From the NCBI GenBank assembly GCA_903911145.1, contig CAIWCD010000013.1, positions 124,001 through 188,000 on the forward strand: DNA of 64,000 nt. Direction: 5' to 3'. Positions 27,980-40,368 of this stretch are shown here, one piece after another. Positions within the stretch are counted from its first letter, which is position 1; every line of letters starts with the position of its first letter. The stretch comes from an uncultured delta proteobacterium. GTDB taxonomy: Bacteria; Myxococcota; Myxococcia; Myxococcales; 40CM-4-68-19. The notes beneath the pieces were generated by a model that was given only the letters and a program-made list of their open reading frames with translations, searched no databases and was not told where the DNA came from. The translations under genes and the position numbers were made by a program.

Positions 27980-29575
27980 CTATCGACGCTTCTTCGCGAC
28001 TCGCCGATGCGCGGGGCGATGCGAGTGCGCGGGAGGCGGCGTCCCCATCGAGCCGCCGACGAGATACGAACGCAGAGCCTCCCGGGCCACGAACGGCGCG
28101 TGGATGCTCCACTTCAAGCCGTTCACGACCACCGCCGCGACCGCGATCTTCGGGTCGTCCGCGGGCGCGAAACCGACGAACCAGGAGTAGTCCTTGAACG
28201 GCTTCTCGTGATTCGAGAGCGAGCCCGTCTTTCCCGCGACGGCGATGTCGCCGAGAATCGGACCGCGGCGCTCACGGAACGAACTCGACGCGGTCCCTTC
28301 CGAGACGGTCAGCTTCATCATCTCTTTCAGCTTCGTCGCGGTCTCTGCGCGCATAATCCGCCGCTCGCCCTGCGGTGCTGCCGCGGAGCCGTCGAGCGAA
28401 TCGATCAGCGTCGGGTCGCGCATGTCGCCGCCGTTGCCGACGGCCGCAGCGATCAGCGCGGCATGCAGAGGAGAGAGTTTGACGTCGCCGAATCCGGCTG
28501 CGCTCTTGGCGAACTCAAGCCCATGCTCGGGGATACGCGCAGTCGAGGCGCCCACTGCCGGATCGGCCCAGACCGAGCGATTGAACATGAACCGCTCGGC
28601 CTCTTCGCGCAGCGCAGGCGCGTCGAGATGGCGCTCGGCCATCTTCGCGAAAACGACGTTCGCGCTCTTGGCGAGCGCCATCGAGAGCGACAGGCATCGA
28701 CTGTCGAGGCGCGGCTTGTCCTGCAAGAGCTTGCTGACAATCCCGTGCAGGCCGCCGTGGTAGCAGGTCTCCGCGTCGGGCGAGATGCCCTTCTCGAGAA
28801 GCGCGGCGCCCGTGATGATCTTGAACACCGAGGCGGCCGGATAGAGAGGATGCGTCGCCGCGCCCTCCGGGTGCCCGTCTGCGGAATACTCGACCAGCGC
28901 GAGCACGCGGCCCGTCTTCGGCTCGATCGCGACCAGCGCGCCACTCATCGGCTTGTAGAGTGAAAAGAGCTTCTCCATCTGCCGCTGCATCACGGGATTG
29001 ATGCTCAGTCGCGCAAGCTTCCCCTCGGCAGTCTTCGCGAAGAGAGCATCGCCGCCCTCTGTGCTCTCGAGCTTCGACTTGTGCAACAGCGACAGGCCCG
29101 GCACGGGCGACGTCTGCGCGACGGCATTTGCGGCGGCGGCCGGGACGGCGCTCACTTCTGACGGGGCCGCGACTGGTCCTCCGTCGGAAAGCAGTTCGCC
29201 CGCCTCGGCGTCAGGAAGCGCGCGCTCGAGTTCCTCTTCGTCGAACTCGTCCGCATCGGCCGAGACATCCGCGGCGCCAGCGCGATCCGCATGGGGCCGC
29301 TCAGCGCGTACATGCCGCGCACCCGCATCGCGCGGGCGCCGGAGCGCGTTGTCTCCATCGACGCCACCATCGATCGCGGAGGCCTCAGCCAGACGCGCGA
29401 CGCCGGCGTCCTGAAGCACCTGCGCGCTCGCGGCGAAGGCCAGCAGCACAGCGGCAGCACCGCAGACCACCCACGGCCGCCAGTTGCGCGCTGGCCGAGG
29501 CCCGAACGAGTGCGGTCCCTGCGAATCGCGCGGAACCGCTCCCGGCAAGGCTTTGCGGTGATCTTGATTCTTCAT
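27980..29575 (-). CDS. penicillin-binding protein (transpeptidase domain only)
   Basis: SxxK 'ASVFK', SxN 'KSAN' and 'GKTG', followed by 'YSWFVGFAPADDPKIAVA'. Acidic disordered N-region. Confidence 0.88.
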   Translation of the reverse strand: MKNQDHRKALPGAVPRDSQGPHSFGPRPARNWRPWVVCGAAAVLLAFAASAQVLQDAGVARLAEASAIDGGVDGDNALRRPRDAGARHVRAERPHADRAGAADVSADADEFDEEELERALPDAEAGELLSDGGPVAAPSEVSAVPAAAANAVAQTSPVPGLSLLHKSKLESTEGGDALFAKTAEGKLARLSINPVMQRQMEKLFSLYKPMSGALVAIEPKTGRVLALVEYSADGHPEGAATHPLYPAASVFKIITGAALLEKGISPDAETCYHGGLHGIVSKLLQDKPRLDSRCLSLSMALAKSANVVFAKMAERHLDAPALREEAERFMFNRSVWADPAVGASTARIPEHGLEFAKSAAGFGDVKLSPLHAALIAAAVGNGGDMRDPTLIDSLDGSAAAPQGERRIMRAETATKLKEMMKLTVSEGTASSSFRERRGPILGDIAVAGKTGSLSNHEKPFKDYSWFVGFAPADDPKIAVAAVVVNGLKWSIHAPFVAREALRSYLVGGSMGTPPPAHSHRPAHRRVAKKRR

Positions 29576-29690
29576 TCGCGGGGCATCGTACTCGCACGAT
29601 CCAGCACCGCAAGATTCCGGCGGTCGATAGATTTCTTTTCCTCATCGCCGCGCTTGACGCCGCTCGCCTCCTTCGTCACGGTCTCGCGCC

Positions 29691-30557
29691 ATGCGGCTCC
29701 CCACAGCACTCAGCGGACCGACACTCGCCAGCAACGCAAGCAGCCCGTCCTCGCTCATCAGTTGGGCGCCAGGCTCGATCACGCCGCGAGCAGTGATCGT
29801 TTCGGTCGTCGTGCTCAGCTTCGCCTTCGTGCTCAATCGGCTCATCGGCCTCGGCATCCAGCGCGCGCTCGAGCGACACGCGCACCACGGCGGCATCCCG
29901 GCCGAGACGCGCACGCGGATGCTGATCATCCGACGCATCGTGACAGTGGCGATCTGGCTCTTCGCGATCGGCGTCGCGCTCGGACAGTTCAACGAACTCA
30001 AGAGCCTCTCGACCAGTCTGCTCGCGGCCGGCGGCGTCTCCGGCATCATCGTCGGCTTCGCCGCGCAGAACATGCTCGGCAACGCCGTCGCGGGCGTGCT
30101 CATCGCCTTCTCGCAGCCGGTCCGCATCGGCGACGACGTCGAGTTCCGCACCGAGCGCGGCACGATCATCGACATGACGCTGTTCTTCACCGTCATCCGC
30201 CTCGTCGACGGCAAGCGGCTGATCGTGCCGAACAACACGCTCTCGAATGAAGTGCTGAAGAATCTGACGATGGGCGACGTGACGCGCGTCTGCCGCGCCG
30301 AAGTGCTCATCCCGCGCGCGTTCGCGCAGAGCGTCCGTGAGAGGCTGCTCGAGGTGTCGAAGGGCTTCGCAGGATTCGATCCGACCGGCGATGCGCCCGA
30401 GGTGTTCTGGGTCCGGCTCGATGAGCGCGGGGTCCTGCTGCGGATGCAGGTGGCTTGCATCGATGGACAGGCCGCGATCCAGCTGGGCCAGCTCGCCTTC
30501 GCTGCGGTCGCGCAGATGCCGATCCCTCGCGAGCTCCCGGCTGTCGTCGCGACCTAG
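29691..30557 (+). CDS. MscS family mechanosensitive channel
   Basis: 'GIIVGFAAQNMLGNAVAGVLI..SQPVRIGD' and 'LIVPN'. Confidence 0.9.
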   Translation: MRLPTALSGPTLASNASSPSSLISWAPGSITPRAVIVSVVVLSFAFVLNRLIGLGIQRALERHAHHGGIPAETRTRMLIIRRIVTVAIWLFAIGVALGQFNELKSLSTSLLAAGGVSGIIVGFAAQNMLGNAVAGVLIAFSQPVRIGDDVEFRTERGTIIDMTLFFTVIRLVDGKRLIVPNNTLSNEVLKNLTMGDVTRVCRAEVLIPRAFAQSVRERLLEVSKGFAGFDPTGDAPEVFWVRLDERGVLLRMQVACIDGQAAIQLGQLAFAAVAQMPIPRELPAVVAT

Positions 30558-30764
30558 CGGACGCGATCGCGGGAAAGGCCTTGTCCAGCGCGGCCTGCGC
30601 GAGCGCATCACCAACATTTTCGGGACGCGGGAATCGAACGCGCGCCTGCCCGGTTTCACGTCCTGACCGTCCGACAGCCGGTGGATTGAACTTCTCCGCG
30701 GCGTGCGTGCTAGGGTGCGCGCCCCGCAAATCAGCAACGCGCTTTCTCGAGAGGAAACTTCAAG

Positions 30765-32735
30765 ATGAAGAACATCGTCAGCATCATCGTCGCCCTGCTG
30801 GTCGGCCTCGCCGGCGGCTATGCCATCCGCGGCCAAATCGGCGGCGCCCTTCCCTCTGCTGCGCCGATCGCGGCGAACAAGAACGCGCAGCCGAACCCCA
30901 ACGCGGCGCCTCCCGGCTCTGATCAGATCTACAAGGTCATCGTCGGCGACGGCCCGAGCGTCGGCCCGGCCGATGCGCGCGTCACCATCGTCGAGTTCTC
31001 CGACTTCCAGTGCCCGTTCTGCAGCCGCGTCGTCGACACGGTGAAGCAGATCGAGAAGACCTACGGCAACGACGTTCGCATCATCTTCAAGAACAACCCG
31101 CTCCCGTTCCACTCGGACGCGCCGGGCGCCGCGAAGGCCTCCGTCGCCGCGTGGAAGCAGGGCAAGTTCTGGGAGATGCACGACGCAATGTTCGCCGCGC
31201 AGAAGATCCCCGACGGCCTCAAGCAGCCGGGCCTCGAGAAGATCGCGAAGGACATCGGCCTCGACGTCGAGAAGTTCAAGGCCGACATCGCCAACGCGGA
31301 TACGCAGCAGCTGATCAACTCCGATGTCACGCAGGCGCGGCAGCTCGGCGCGAACGGAACGCCGAGCTTCTTCATCAACGGCGCGAAGGTCGCGGGCGCG
31401 ATGCCGTTCGAGAGCTTCAAGACGGTGATCGACGCGGCGATGAAGCGCGCAGATGCGAAGATCGCCACGGGCACGCCCAGGTCGCAGGTCTACGACGCGC
31501 TCATCCGCGACGGCCTCACGCAGGCTCCGGCGCCGAAGGATCAGCCGCAGCAGGCGCCCCAGGCGCAGGCGAAGAAGATCGATCTCGACAGCACGGCGCC
31601 GACCAAGGGTGGCAAGAACCCGAAGGTTGCGATCGTGATGTGGAGCGACTTCCAGTGCCCGTTCTGCGGCCGCGTCGAGCCGACCGTGAAGCAGATCATG
31701 GACACCTATAAGGACGACGTGAGCGTCGAGTGGAAGAACCAGCCGCTCCCGTTCCACCCGAACGCGATGCCCGCCGCGAAGGCCGCGATGGCCGCGCACA
31801 AGCAGGGCAAGTTCTGGGCGATGCACGACCTGATGTTCGCGGGCCAGCAGCAGCTCGGCGACGCGAAGTATGAGGAGTGGGCCAAGGAGGCGGGCGTCGA
31901 CATCGCGCGCTGGAAGAAGGACATGGCGGCTCCGGAGCTCGAGGCCGCGATCAAGAAGGACATGGCAGAGGGCGCCGCGGCGGGCGCGAATGGCACTCCG
32001 GCGTTCTTCGTCAACGGCAAGTTCATCTCGGGCGCGCAGCCGTTCGACGCGTTCAAGACGGTCATCGACGCGCAGATCGCCAAGGCGAACGACGAGCTGA
32101 AGAAGGGCACGCCGGCCGCCAAGCTCTACGAGACGCTCGTGGCGGCGAACGTCAAGGAGGCCGGTTCGGCTCCTGCTCCGGGCGCTCCAGCCGCCGATGC
32201 CGCGCCGGTCAAGATCGACGTGGGCAACTCGCCCGCGCGCGGTGGCAAGAACGCCGCAGTCACGGTCGTCATCTGGAGCGACTTCCAGTGCCCGTACTGC
32301 TCGCGCGTCGAGCCGACCATCAACCAGCTGCGCACCGAGTACGGCGACAAGGTCAAGTGGGTCTGGAAGAACCAGCCGCTCCCGTTCCACCCGAACGCGA
32401 TGCCGGCCGCCGAGGCCGCGATGGCCGCAGGCGACCAGGGCAAGTTCTGGGAGATGCACGACAAGCTCTTCGAGAACCAGCAGAAGCTCGGGCCGGATCT
32501 CTACGACCAGCTCGCCAAGGAGATCGGCCTCGACCTGAACAAGTTCCACGACTCGATCAGCTCGGGCAAGCACAAGGCGGAGATCTCCGCGGACATGGCG
32601 GCCGGCGCAGCAGCAGGCGCGGGCGGCACCCCGACGTTCTTCATCAACGGGCACAAGCTCGTCGGCGCGCAGCCTGCCGATGCGTTCAAGCAGGTCATCG
32701 ACGCAGAGCTGTCGCACGCGGTCGCGAAGAAGTAG
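30765..32735 (+). CDS. periplasmic protein with three tandem DsbA/thioredoxin-4 domains
   Basis: Three 'SDFQCP(F/Y)C' active sites, each with 'PLPFH' and 'GTP.FF.NG'. N-terminal TM/signal segment. Confidence 0.92.
   Translation: MKNIVSIIVALLVGLAGGYAIRGQIGGALPSAAPIAANKNAQPNPNAAPPGSDQIYKVIVGDGPSVGPADARVTIVEFSDFQCPFCSRVVDTVKQIEKTYGNDVRIIFKNNPLPFHSDAPGAAKASVAAWKQGKFWEMHDAMFAAQKIPDGLKQPGLEKIAKDIGLDVEKFKADIANADTQQLINSDVTQARQLGANGTPSFFINGAKVAGAMPFESFKTVIDAAMKRADAKIATGTPRSQVYDALIRDGLTQAPAPKDQPQQAPQAQAKKIDLDSTAPTKGGKNPKVAIVMWSDFQCPFCGRVEPTVKQIMDTYKDDVSVEWKNQPLPFHPNAMPAAKAAMAAHKQGKFWAMHDLMFAGQQQLGDAKYEEWAKEAGVDIARWKKDMAAPELEAAIKKDMAEGAAAGANGTPAFFVNGKFISGAQPFDAFKTVIDAQIAKANDELKKGTPAAKLYETLVAANVKEAGSAPAPGAPAADAAPVKIDVGNSPARGGKNAAVTVVIWSDFQCPYCSRVEPTINQLRTEYGDKVKWVWKNQPLPFHPNAMPAAEAAMAAGDQGKFWEMHDKLFENQQKLGPDLYDQLAKEIGLDLNKFHDSISSGKHKAEISADMAAGAAAGAGGTPTFFINGHKLVGAQPADAFKQVIDAELSHAVAKK
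31731..32404 (+). repeat. 41-bp exact internal repeat between DsbA domains 2 and 3
   Basis: TGGAAGAACCAGCCGCTCCCGTTCCACCCGAACGCGATGCC at 31731-31771 and 32364-32404. Confidence 0.85.
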
Positions 32736-32779
32736 TTTTCGCACTCCGCGCGCTCTCGTTCAGAGAGAGATCTGAATCT

Positions 32780-32818
32780 CCGGGGCGGCTCCTTTCTGGA
32801 CCGCCCCGGTTTTTTTTT
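32780..32818 (+). terminator. rho-independent terminator
   Basis: CCGGGGCGG...CCGCCCCGG stem followed by nine T. Confidence 0.9.
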
Positions 32819-32831
32819 GTCTACTGCGAAC

Positions 32832-33329
32832 ATGGCGCTCCCTCCCCTTTCGATTCCGCCGCCCCAGAAGAACCTCGACGGCAAGGATTATCGAATCCGC
32901 CCGCTCAAGCGCGGCGATCGCGATCACGCGTTCAAGCTGCTCGCCGCCGAGGGCTGGGCAGTCCCCACGGGAGACCAGGAGCTCGCGATCTCCTGGGTCG
33001 TGCAGCATCCCGAGATGGAGTCGTTCGTCGCGCACGACGTCGCGTCGTTCAGCCGGCTTTTCGGCCTCATCACGATGTCGCATCGGCCGCAGCTGAAGAT
33101 CGGCGGACGGATCGCCTGCATCGATCTCTTCCTCATCGGTGCCGAGCATCGCAACAAGGGCGTCGGCACCGACCTGCTCGCGGCGGCGCTGCGGCGAACC
33201 GAAGCGCTCGCGTGCAAGCAGATCGAACTTCCTCTGCCTCTCGAGCGCGACTCGCGGCACTCGTTTTTCGAGGAGAACGGCTTTGTGCAGCAGAGCAGCA
33301 CGCTGTTTGTGCGCCCCGGCCTTCGGTAA
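32832..33329 (+). CDS. GNAT family N-acetyltransferase
   Basis: Acetyl-CoA motif A 'HRNKGVGTDLL' and 'FFEENGF'. Confidence 0.8.
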   Translation: MALPPLSIPPPQKNLDGKDYRIRPLKRGDRDHAFKLLAAEGWAVPTGDQELAISWVVQHPEMESFVAHDVASFSRLFGLITMSHRPQLKIGGRIACIDLFLIGAEHRNKGVGTDLLAAALRRTEALACKQIELPLPLERDSRHSFFEENGFVQQSSTLFVRPGLR

Positions 33330-33397
33330 GGAGCAGCGCCTCGCCGCACAGACGACTTGCGAGCGTCGTTCGCGCCAGCGTGTGCACTGCAACGGCT

Positions 33398-36301
<2,904 letters not shown>

Positions 36302-36490
36302 TCGGCAGGGGATCCGCGGGCAGAAGTGCGCTCTACAGGCAGTCCACACGACGGCCCAGAGTGAGCATATCCTCTGATTGTGACCTCGGGCAAGAGAATG
36401 GCCATGGTTTCCCCTCGCGATTTCGACGCTTGCGCCGCTCAGCCGCGCGGACCAAAGTCGGGGCGCATCGGCGCACGAAAGGAAAGTTCG

Positions 36491-36784
36491 ATGATCTGCT
36501 GCCACGCCTGCGGTGCCGAACTCGATCTGGGAGTCGCCAAGGTGGCTGGGCGGCAGGACAGCTGCCCAGGTTGCCGCGCGCCGCTGCACGCTTGCCGCAA
36601 CTGCCACGCCTATGAAGAGACAGCTCGCCACGGGTGCCGCGAGCCGCAGGCAGAGCCGCCGCACGACAAGGACGCGCCGAACTTCTGCGAGCTGTTCGTC
36701 TTCCGCAAAGGAGCCGCGACACCGCGCGAGGCCGATCCTCGAGCCGAAGCGATGGCCCGGCTCGAGGCGCTCTTCAAGAAATAG
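36491..36784 (+). CDS. small Cys-rich putative zinc-binding protein
   Basis: CHAC, CPGC, CRNC, then C...NFCELF, ending 'LEALFKK'. Confidence 0.75.
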   Translation: MICCHACGAELDLGVAKVAGRQDSCPGCRAPLHACRNCHAYEETARHGCREPQAEPPHDKDAPNFCELFVFRKGAATPREADPRAEAMARLEALFKK

Positions 36785-36823
36785 CGATCACCCCTCCGCA
36801 GAAGCAGCGAAGGAGAGGACGGA

Positions 36824-38554
36824 TCAGGCGCGGACCTGGCGACGCACCGCGGCCGCGAGGAGCAGCGCGATCGGCAACAGCCAGAGCAGCGTGGAGCTTG
36901 CGTCGCGGCCGCTCGTCGAGCAGCCCGAGCTCGAGCCGCCGGTCGGGATCACCGGGCCAGCGTCTCCGGTGTTCACCGGTCCGCCGTCCGCGACCGGGTC
37001 GGTGCTGGCAACGCAGGATCCAGCGGTGACTCCAGCGGTCGTGCAGACCATCAGCGGCGGGCAGAGAACGTCCGAGCACGGGTTGGTGAACGCAGGCGCG
37101 GTGAAGGTCGCCGTCACGGTGTGATCGGCATTCACGACCACGTTGTTGATCTTGATGCCGCTCGACGTGCCGTCATACCAGTTGGTCGCCGTGTAGCGAT
37201 TTCCCGAGGACAGGATGCCCGCGTTCGCAATCGACTGCAGCGTCGGGCTGCCGGTGCCATAGAGGACCTTGTCGTCGCCCTGTCCCGTGTGCGTGGTGGC
37301 GCCGAGATCTGCCGCGCCGTTGACGACGAGTCCGAAGATACCGCTGCTCTCGACGTTCGCGATGAAGGGGTGCCACGGGTTGCAATCGAGGCAGCTGATG
37401 AGCCGGTTGACGAAGGCGCCTTCCGCAGCAGTTGGACCGACGCTCCAGTCGACGTGATAGACGGCGAGGCCCCAGACAGGGTTGCCGTTGGAGTCGGTGA
37501 CCTGCGAGTCGTAGCCACCGACCGCGCCGCGCACTTCCGCGAGGTAGTACTCTTGGCGGCTGCTGTTCATCATGCCGAGCTTCACCGCGTAGCCGCCGTT
37601 CGCAGCCGGCTGGAGCGTCAGCGTCTCGGTGCCGCTGACGACGTGCTGATCCTGCCAGGCCAGCGCGCGGCGGCTCTCCGGATCAGGCAGGAAGTTCTTC
37701 GCGCCGAAATCCCAGTCGCCCATGCTCGAGAAATGCAGGCCCTGCCAGTTCGGATACTGATCGCCGCTCGAGGGGTGGTCGTAGTTGAGGTCGGTGAGGC
37801 CCAGCAAGCTGCCGAACTGGTGGGTGACGATCGTCTCGAGGTGCTGGGATGAGTCCGGGAAGGTCACCGCGCCGCCGATGGCGACCTGGGCAATCTTGAT
37901 CCCGTTGAGGACGAGCGGACCGCCAGTGCCTCCGTTGAGATCCGAGCCACCGTTCACGTAGCTGATGGGGAAGGACATGCTGACGCCAGGGATATTGAGG
38001 ACGATCATCACGCCATCAATCGTTCCATCTGCCGTCGCGAATTCTCCGTTGATGTCGAACTTCGAGAAGTCGACGCCAGCCGCGTGCGACTTGGCGAAGA
38101 TGTCGCGCACGAAGTTCATGCTCTTGGTGAGCGCCGCGATGTTGCCGCTCGGCAGACCGCAGGCCGAGGCGTTCGAGGTGTCGATCAGCAAGGGCGGGCA
38201 GCCGACGTAGTGGACGAGCGGCGCGATGGTGACGTCGGCGCTGTAGCGGCTGTTCGACGCAACCTTGAGGTACCCGGGAAAGGTGAAATGGACCGCGTCC
38301 ACCGCGGTCGGCGTGAAGAAGTCGTTTAATTGCGTGAGGTCGATCGGCAGGAAGTTTCCGCTCGTGCCGTTGTAGTCGATCTGCACCGGAATCAGCAGCA
38401 CCTTGCTGTGTCCGCGCGGCGGCGACTTGTGGAGCGGAACGTCGATCTTGTTCGCCCAGAGGTCGACGAAGTCGGCCCGAACAGCGCTGGACGTGACGAA
38501 CGCAATCCCGAGGACGAGCGAGGCGATTCGCAGCAGGCGGCGGTTGGGGCTCAT
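36824..38554 (-). CDS. M6 (immune inhibitor A-like) metalloprotease homologue with degenerate zinc motif and MYXO-CTERM sorting signal
   Basis: Signal peptide; M6 landmarks 'KVLLIPV', 'VDFSKFD...DGTIDGVMIV', 'LGLTDL', 'EYYLAEVR' and 'GLAVYHVD'. HExxH reads HQFGS. C-terminus is 'SSGCSTSG', a TM helix and 'RRQVRA'. Confidence 0.8.
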   Translation of the reverse strand: MSPNRRLLRIASLVLGIAFVTSSAVRADFVDLWANKIDVPLHKSPPRGHSKVLLIPVQIDYNGTSGNFLPIDLTQLNDFFTPTAVDAVHFTFPGYLKVASNSRYSADVTIAPLVHYVGCPPLLIDTSNASACGLPSGNIAALTKSMNFVRDIFAKSHAAGVDFSKFDINGEFATADGTIDGVMIVLNIPGVSMSFPISYVNGGSDLNGGTGGPLVLNGIKIAQVAIGGAVTFPDSSQHLETIVTHQFGSLLGLTDLNYDHPSSGDQYPNWQGLHFSSMGDWDFGAKNFLPDPESRRALAWQDQHVVSGTETLTLQPAANGGYAVKLGMMNSSRQEYYLAEVRGAVGGYDSQVTDSNGNPVWGLAVYHVDWSVGPTAAEGAFVNRLISCLDCNPWHPFIANVESSGIFGLVVNGAADLGATTHTGQGDDKVLYGTGSPTLQSIANAGILSSGNRYTATNWYDGTSSGIKINNVVVNADHTVTATFTAPAFTNPCSDVLCPPLMVCTTAGVTAGSCVASTDPVADGGPVNTGDAGPVIPTGGSSSGCSTSGRDASSTLLWLLPIALLLAAAVRRQVRA

Positions 38555-38571
38555 GGGCTTCTTCCCTTCAA

Positions 38572-38607
38572 GAATCGTTGCAGGAATCGTTGCAGAAATC
38601 GTTTCAC
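38572..38607. repeat. 12-bp tandem direct repeat x3 in the cutA-M6 intergenic region
   Basis: GAATCGTTGCAG GAATCGTTGCAG AAATCGTTTCAC. Confidence 0.8.
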
Positions 38608-38622
38608 TCAGATGCTTGGCAC

Positions 38623-38940
38623 TCAAACGGTCGACTGCGCGAGCCACTCCAGATAGCCCGAGTAGCCGCTCTCGACAGGCAGCGCGAGGATCTCGGGAAC
38701 GGCGTACGGATGCAGCTCGAGAATCCGGTTCTTCAGCCGCTCCATCTGCTCCGAGCGGGTCTTGATGATCATCAGGACTTCGTTGTCGTCGTGGAGCTTG
38801 TCCTGCCATCGGTAGATCGAGCGAACCGCTGGAATGATGTTGCAGCAGGCCGCGAGCTTTTCCTCGACGAGCGCACGCGCCAATCCCGCTGCCGCGTCGG
38901 CATTCGGAAGTGTCGTCAGAACCAGCTGCGCGTCGACCAT
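38623..38940 (-). CDS. cutA: divalent-cation tolerance protein CutA
   Basis: 'LVEEKLAACCNI', 'SIYRWQ' and 'HPYAVPEILALPV..G..YLEW'. Confidence 0.93.
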   Translation of the reverse strand: MVDAQLVLTTLPNADAAAGLARALVEEKLAACCNIIPAVRSIYRWQDKLHDDNEVLMIIKTRSEQMERLKNRILELHPYAVPEILALPVESGYSGYLEWLAQSTV

Positions 38941-39066
38941 CGATCCCCTTCGTTTCTCTCTGACGGGGCGCGATGTAGTGCAGTGCGGCAAAGAAGGCAA
39001 TACCGGTCGGACAATCAACCGAGCGGGCATCTGCTCGAGGGATCGGGCGATGATCCGATGAGGGCC

Positions 39067-40368
39067 CTACCGCTTCGGGAAGATGCCGATCTTCATCGCG
39101 AGGCCTTCCGCCGCGATCTCCACGACGAGGAGCTCCTTGTCGTTCTCCCGCACGAACGCGCGCGCGGACGTGGCACCCATGTCTTCGCTGACGAACGAGA
39201 GGCTGCCCGCCTGCTGCTCGAGCGCGTGCGTCTCTTGCGGCGAGAGGGTCGCCAGATACTTCATCAAGCCGCTCGACGGGCTCGGCGCGCGGCCGGCGTG
39301 CATCTCGGTGATGAGCTTCTTCATGTCGGCCGCCTCGGATTCGTTCGAGGGCGTGATCCACTTGAACGAGCCCTTGCCCTGCTTGACGTAGAGGTCGTGG
39401 ATTCCCTCGTCGAGGCCCGCGACCTTGCTCGGTCCGGCGGCGAAGACGACGAGTGTGCTGCCGGCCCAGACGTCGCTCGAATTCGCGGAGAGCGCCTTGG
39501 CTGCGCTGAAGCGATCGAGCGCGGCGCAGTAGCGGGCTTGCGCGTCGCTCTTGCAATCGAGCACGGCCTTCATCGCGGCGAGCGTCTTGTCGGAAAAGTT
39601 CGTCGCCGAGACGCCCGCGAACGCCGGCGTGCCCTCGCGCGGAGCCGTGAGATCGGAGACGGCAGAGGGCTTCTTCGCAGAGGGATTGGTCGTCGAAACC
39701 ATGAAGCTCGCGAAGGCCATGTGAGCTTGCGCGCGCAGCGCGGCCTGCTCCGATGCGCTGCGAAAGTACGTCGTGAGGTGCAGATCGAACTGCATGCCAT
39801 CCAGACCTGTGCGGGTGGCGAAGAACGCGTCCTGCGGGAAGAGATTCCACTTCTTTCCCTCGGGCCCGTCGAAGGTCATCTCCAGGCCGAACTGATCGCC
39901 GCGCTTTTCGTCGCGGTCGACCATCGTCACTGCACTGTTCGTCACTCGCAGGCCCTTCGACTCCATCCCGTTTCTGATCCGCGAGGCCATCGCGGAGAGG
40001 TAGGCCTCCTGCGAAACATCTTCGCCAGGTCGAGGCCGGTGAAGTTGCATCGTCGCCTGGATGCGGGCCGACTTCGAGAAGGCCCAGAACAGCTCCGAGT
40101 CGTCGCACTGGAACTTCCAGTCGGTCGCCTCTGGGAGCGCAACAACAAACACACCGCGGAATCCGCGCACAAAGAACATGCGGTGGTCATTGCCGACCGG
40201 GATATCGCGCTGTGTTTCGCAAAACTTCATCGCTCCGCTCGGCATCGCCGCATCCGGCATGGCGAGATCGTCTGCCGCCGTTGCCACGACCGCCGTGCTG
40301 TTCGCTGCGCAGCCGAGCGCAAGAGAGGACAGCAGCGCAGCGAAGAGAATCCGAGAGGGCGTTTGCAT
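39067..40368 (-). CDS. hypothetical two-domain lipoprotein
   Basis: Lipobox 'LALGC' and good coding pattern. TTGACA-N18-TAGCCG upstream. Confidence 0.75.
   Translation of the reverse strand: MQTPSRILFAALLSSLALGCAANSTAVVATAADDLAMPDAAMPSGAMKFCETQRDIPVGNDHRMFFVRGFRGVFVVALPEATDWKFQCDDSELFWAFSKSARIQATMQLHRPRPGEDVSQEAYLSAMASRIRNGMESKGLRVTNSAVTMVDRDEKRGDQFGLEMTFDGPEGKKWNLFPQDAFFATRTGLDGMQFDLHLTTYFRSASEQAALRAQAHMAFASFMVSTTNPSAKKPSAVSDLTAPREGTPAFAGVSATNFSDKTLAAMKAVLDCKSDAQARYCAALDRFSAAKALSANSSDVWAGSTLVVFAAGPSKVAGLDEGIHDLYVKQGKGSFKWITPSNESEAADMKKLITEMHAGRAPSPSSGLMKYLATLSPQETHALEQQAGSLSFVSEDMGATSARAFVRENDKELLVVEIAAEGLAMKIGIFPKR

Noticed and set aside
29676..32744. 1022-aa antisense ORF, and similar long shadow ORFs (18953-20989, 24513-26387, 27287-28963, 31877-33961, 38578-40689)
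   Set aside because: They overlap well-supported genes, are Arg/Ala-rich without motifs, and are expected in high-GC DNA with strong codon bias.
10261..32780. Shared 'GTTCA...AGATCTGAATC' in hairpins at ~10261 and ~32758
   Set aside because: Only two short copies, too little to call a REP-like family without a genome-wide count.
38555..40108. Apparent 1094-aa ORF extending the M6-like gene upstream
   Set aside because: The extension overlaps cutA and a lipoprotein in other frames. The signal peptide and RBS place the start at 38554.
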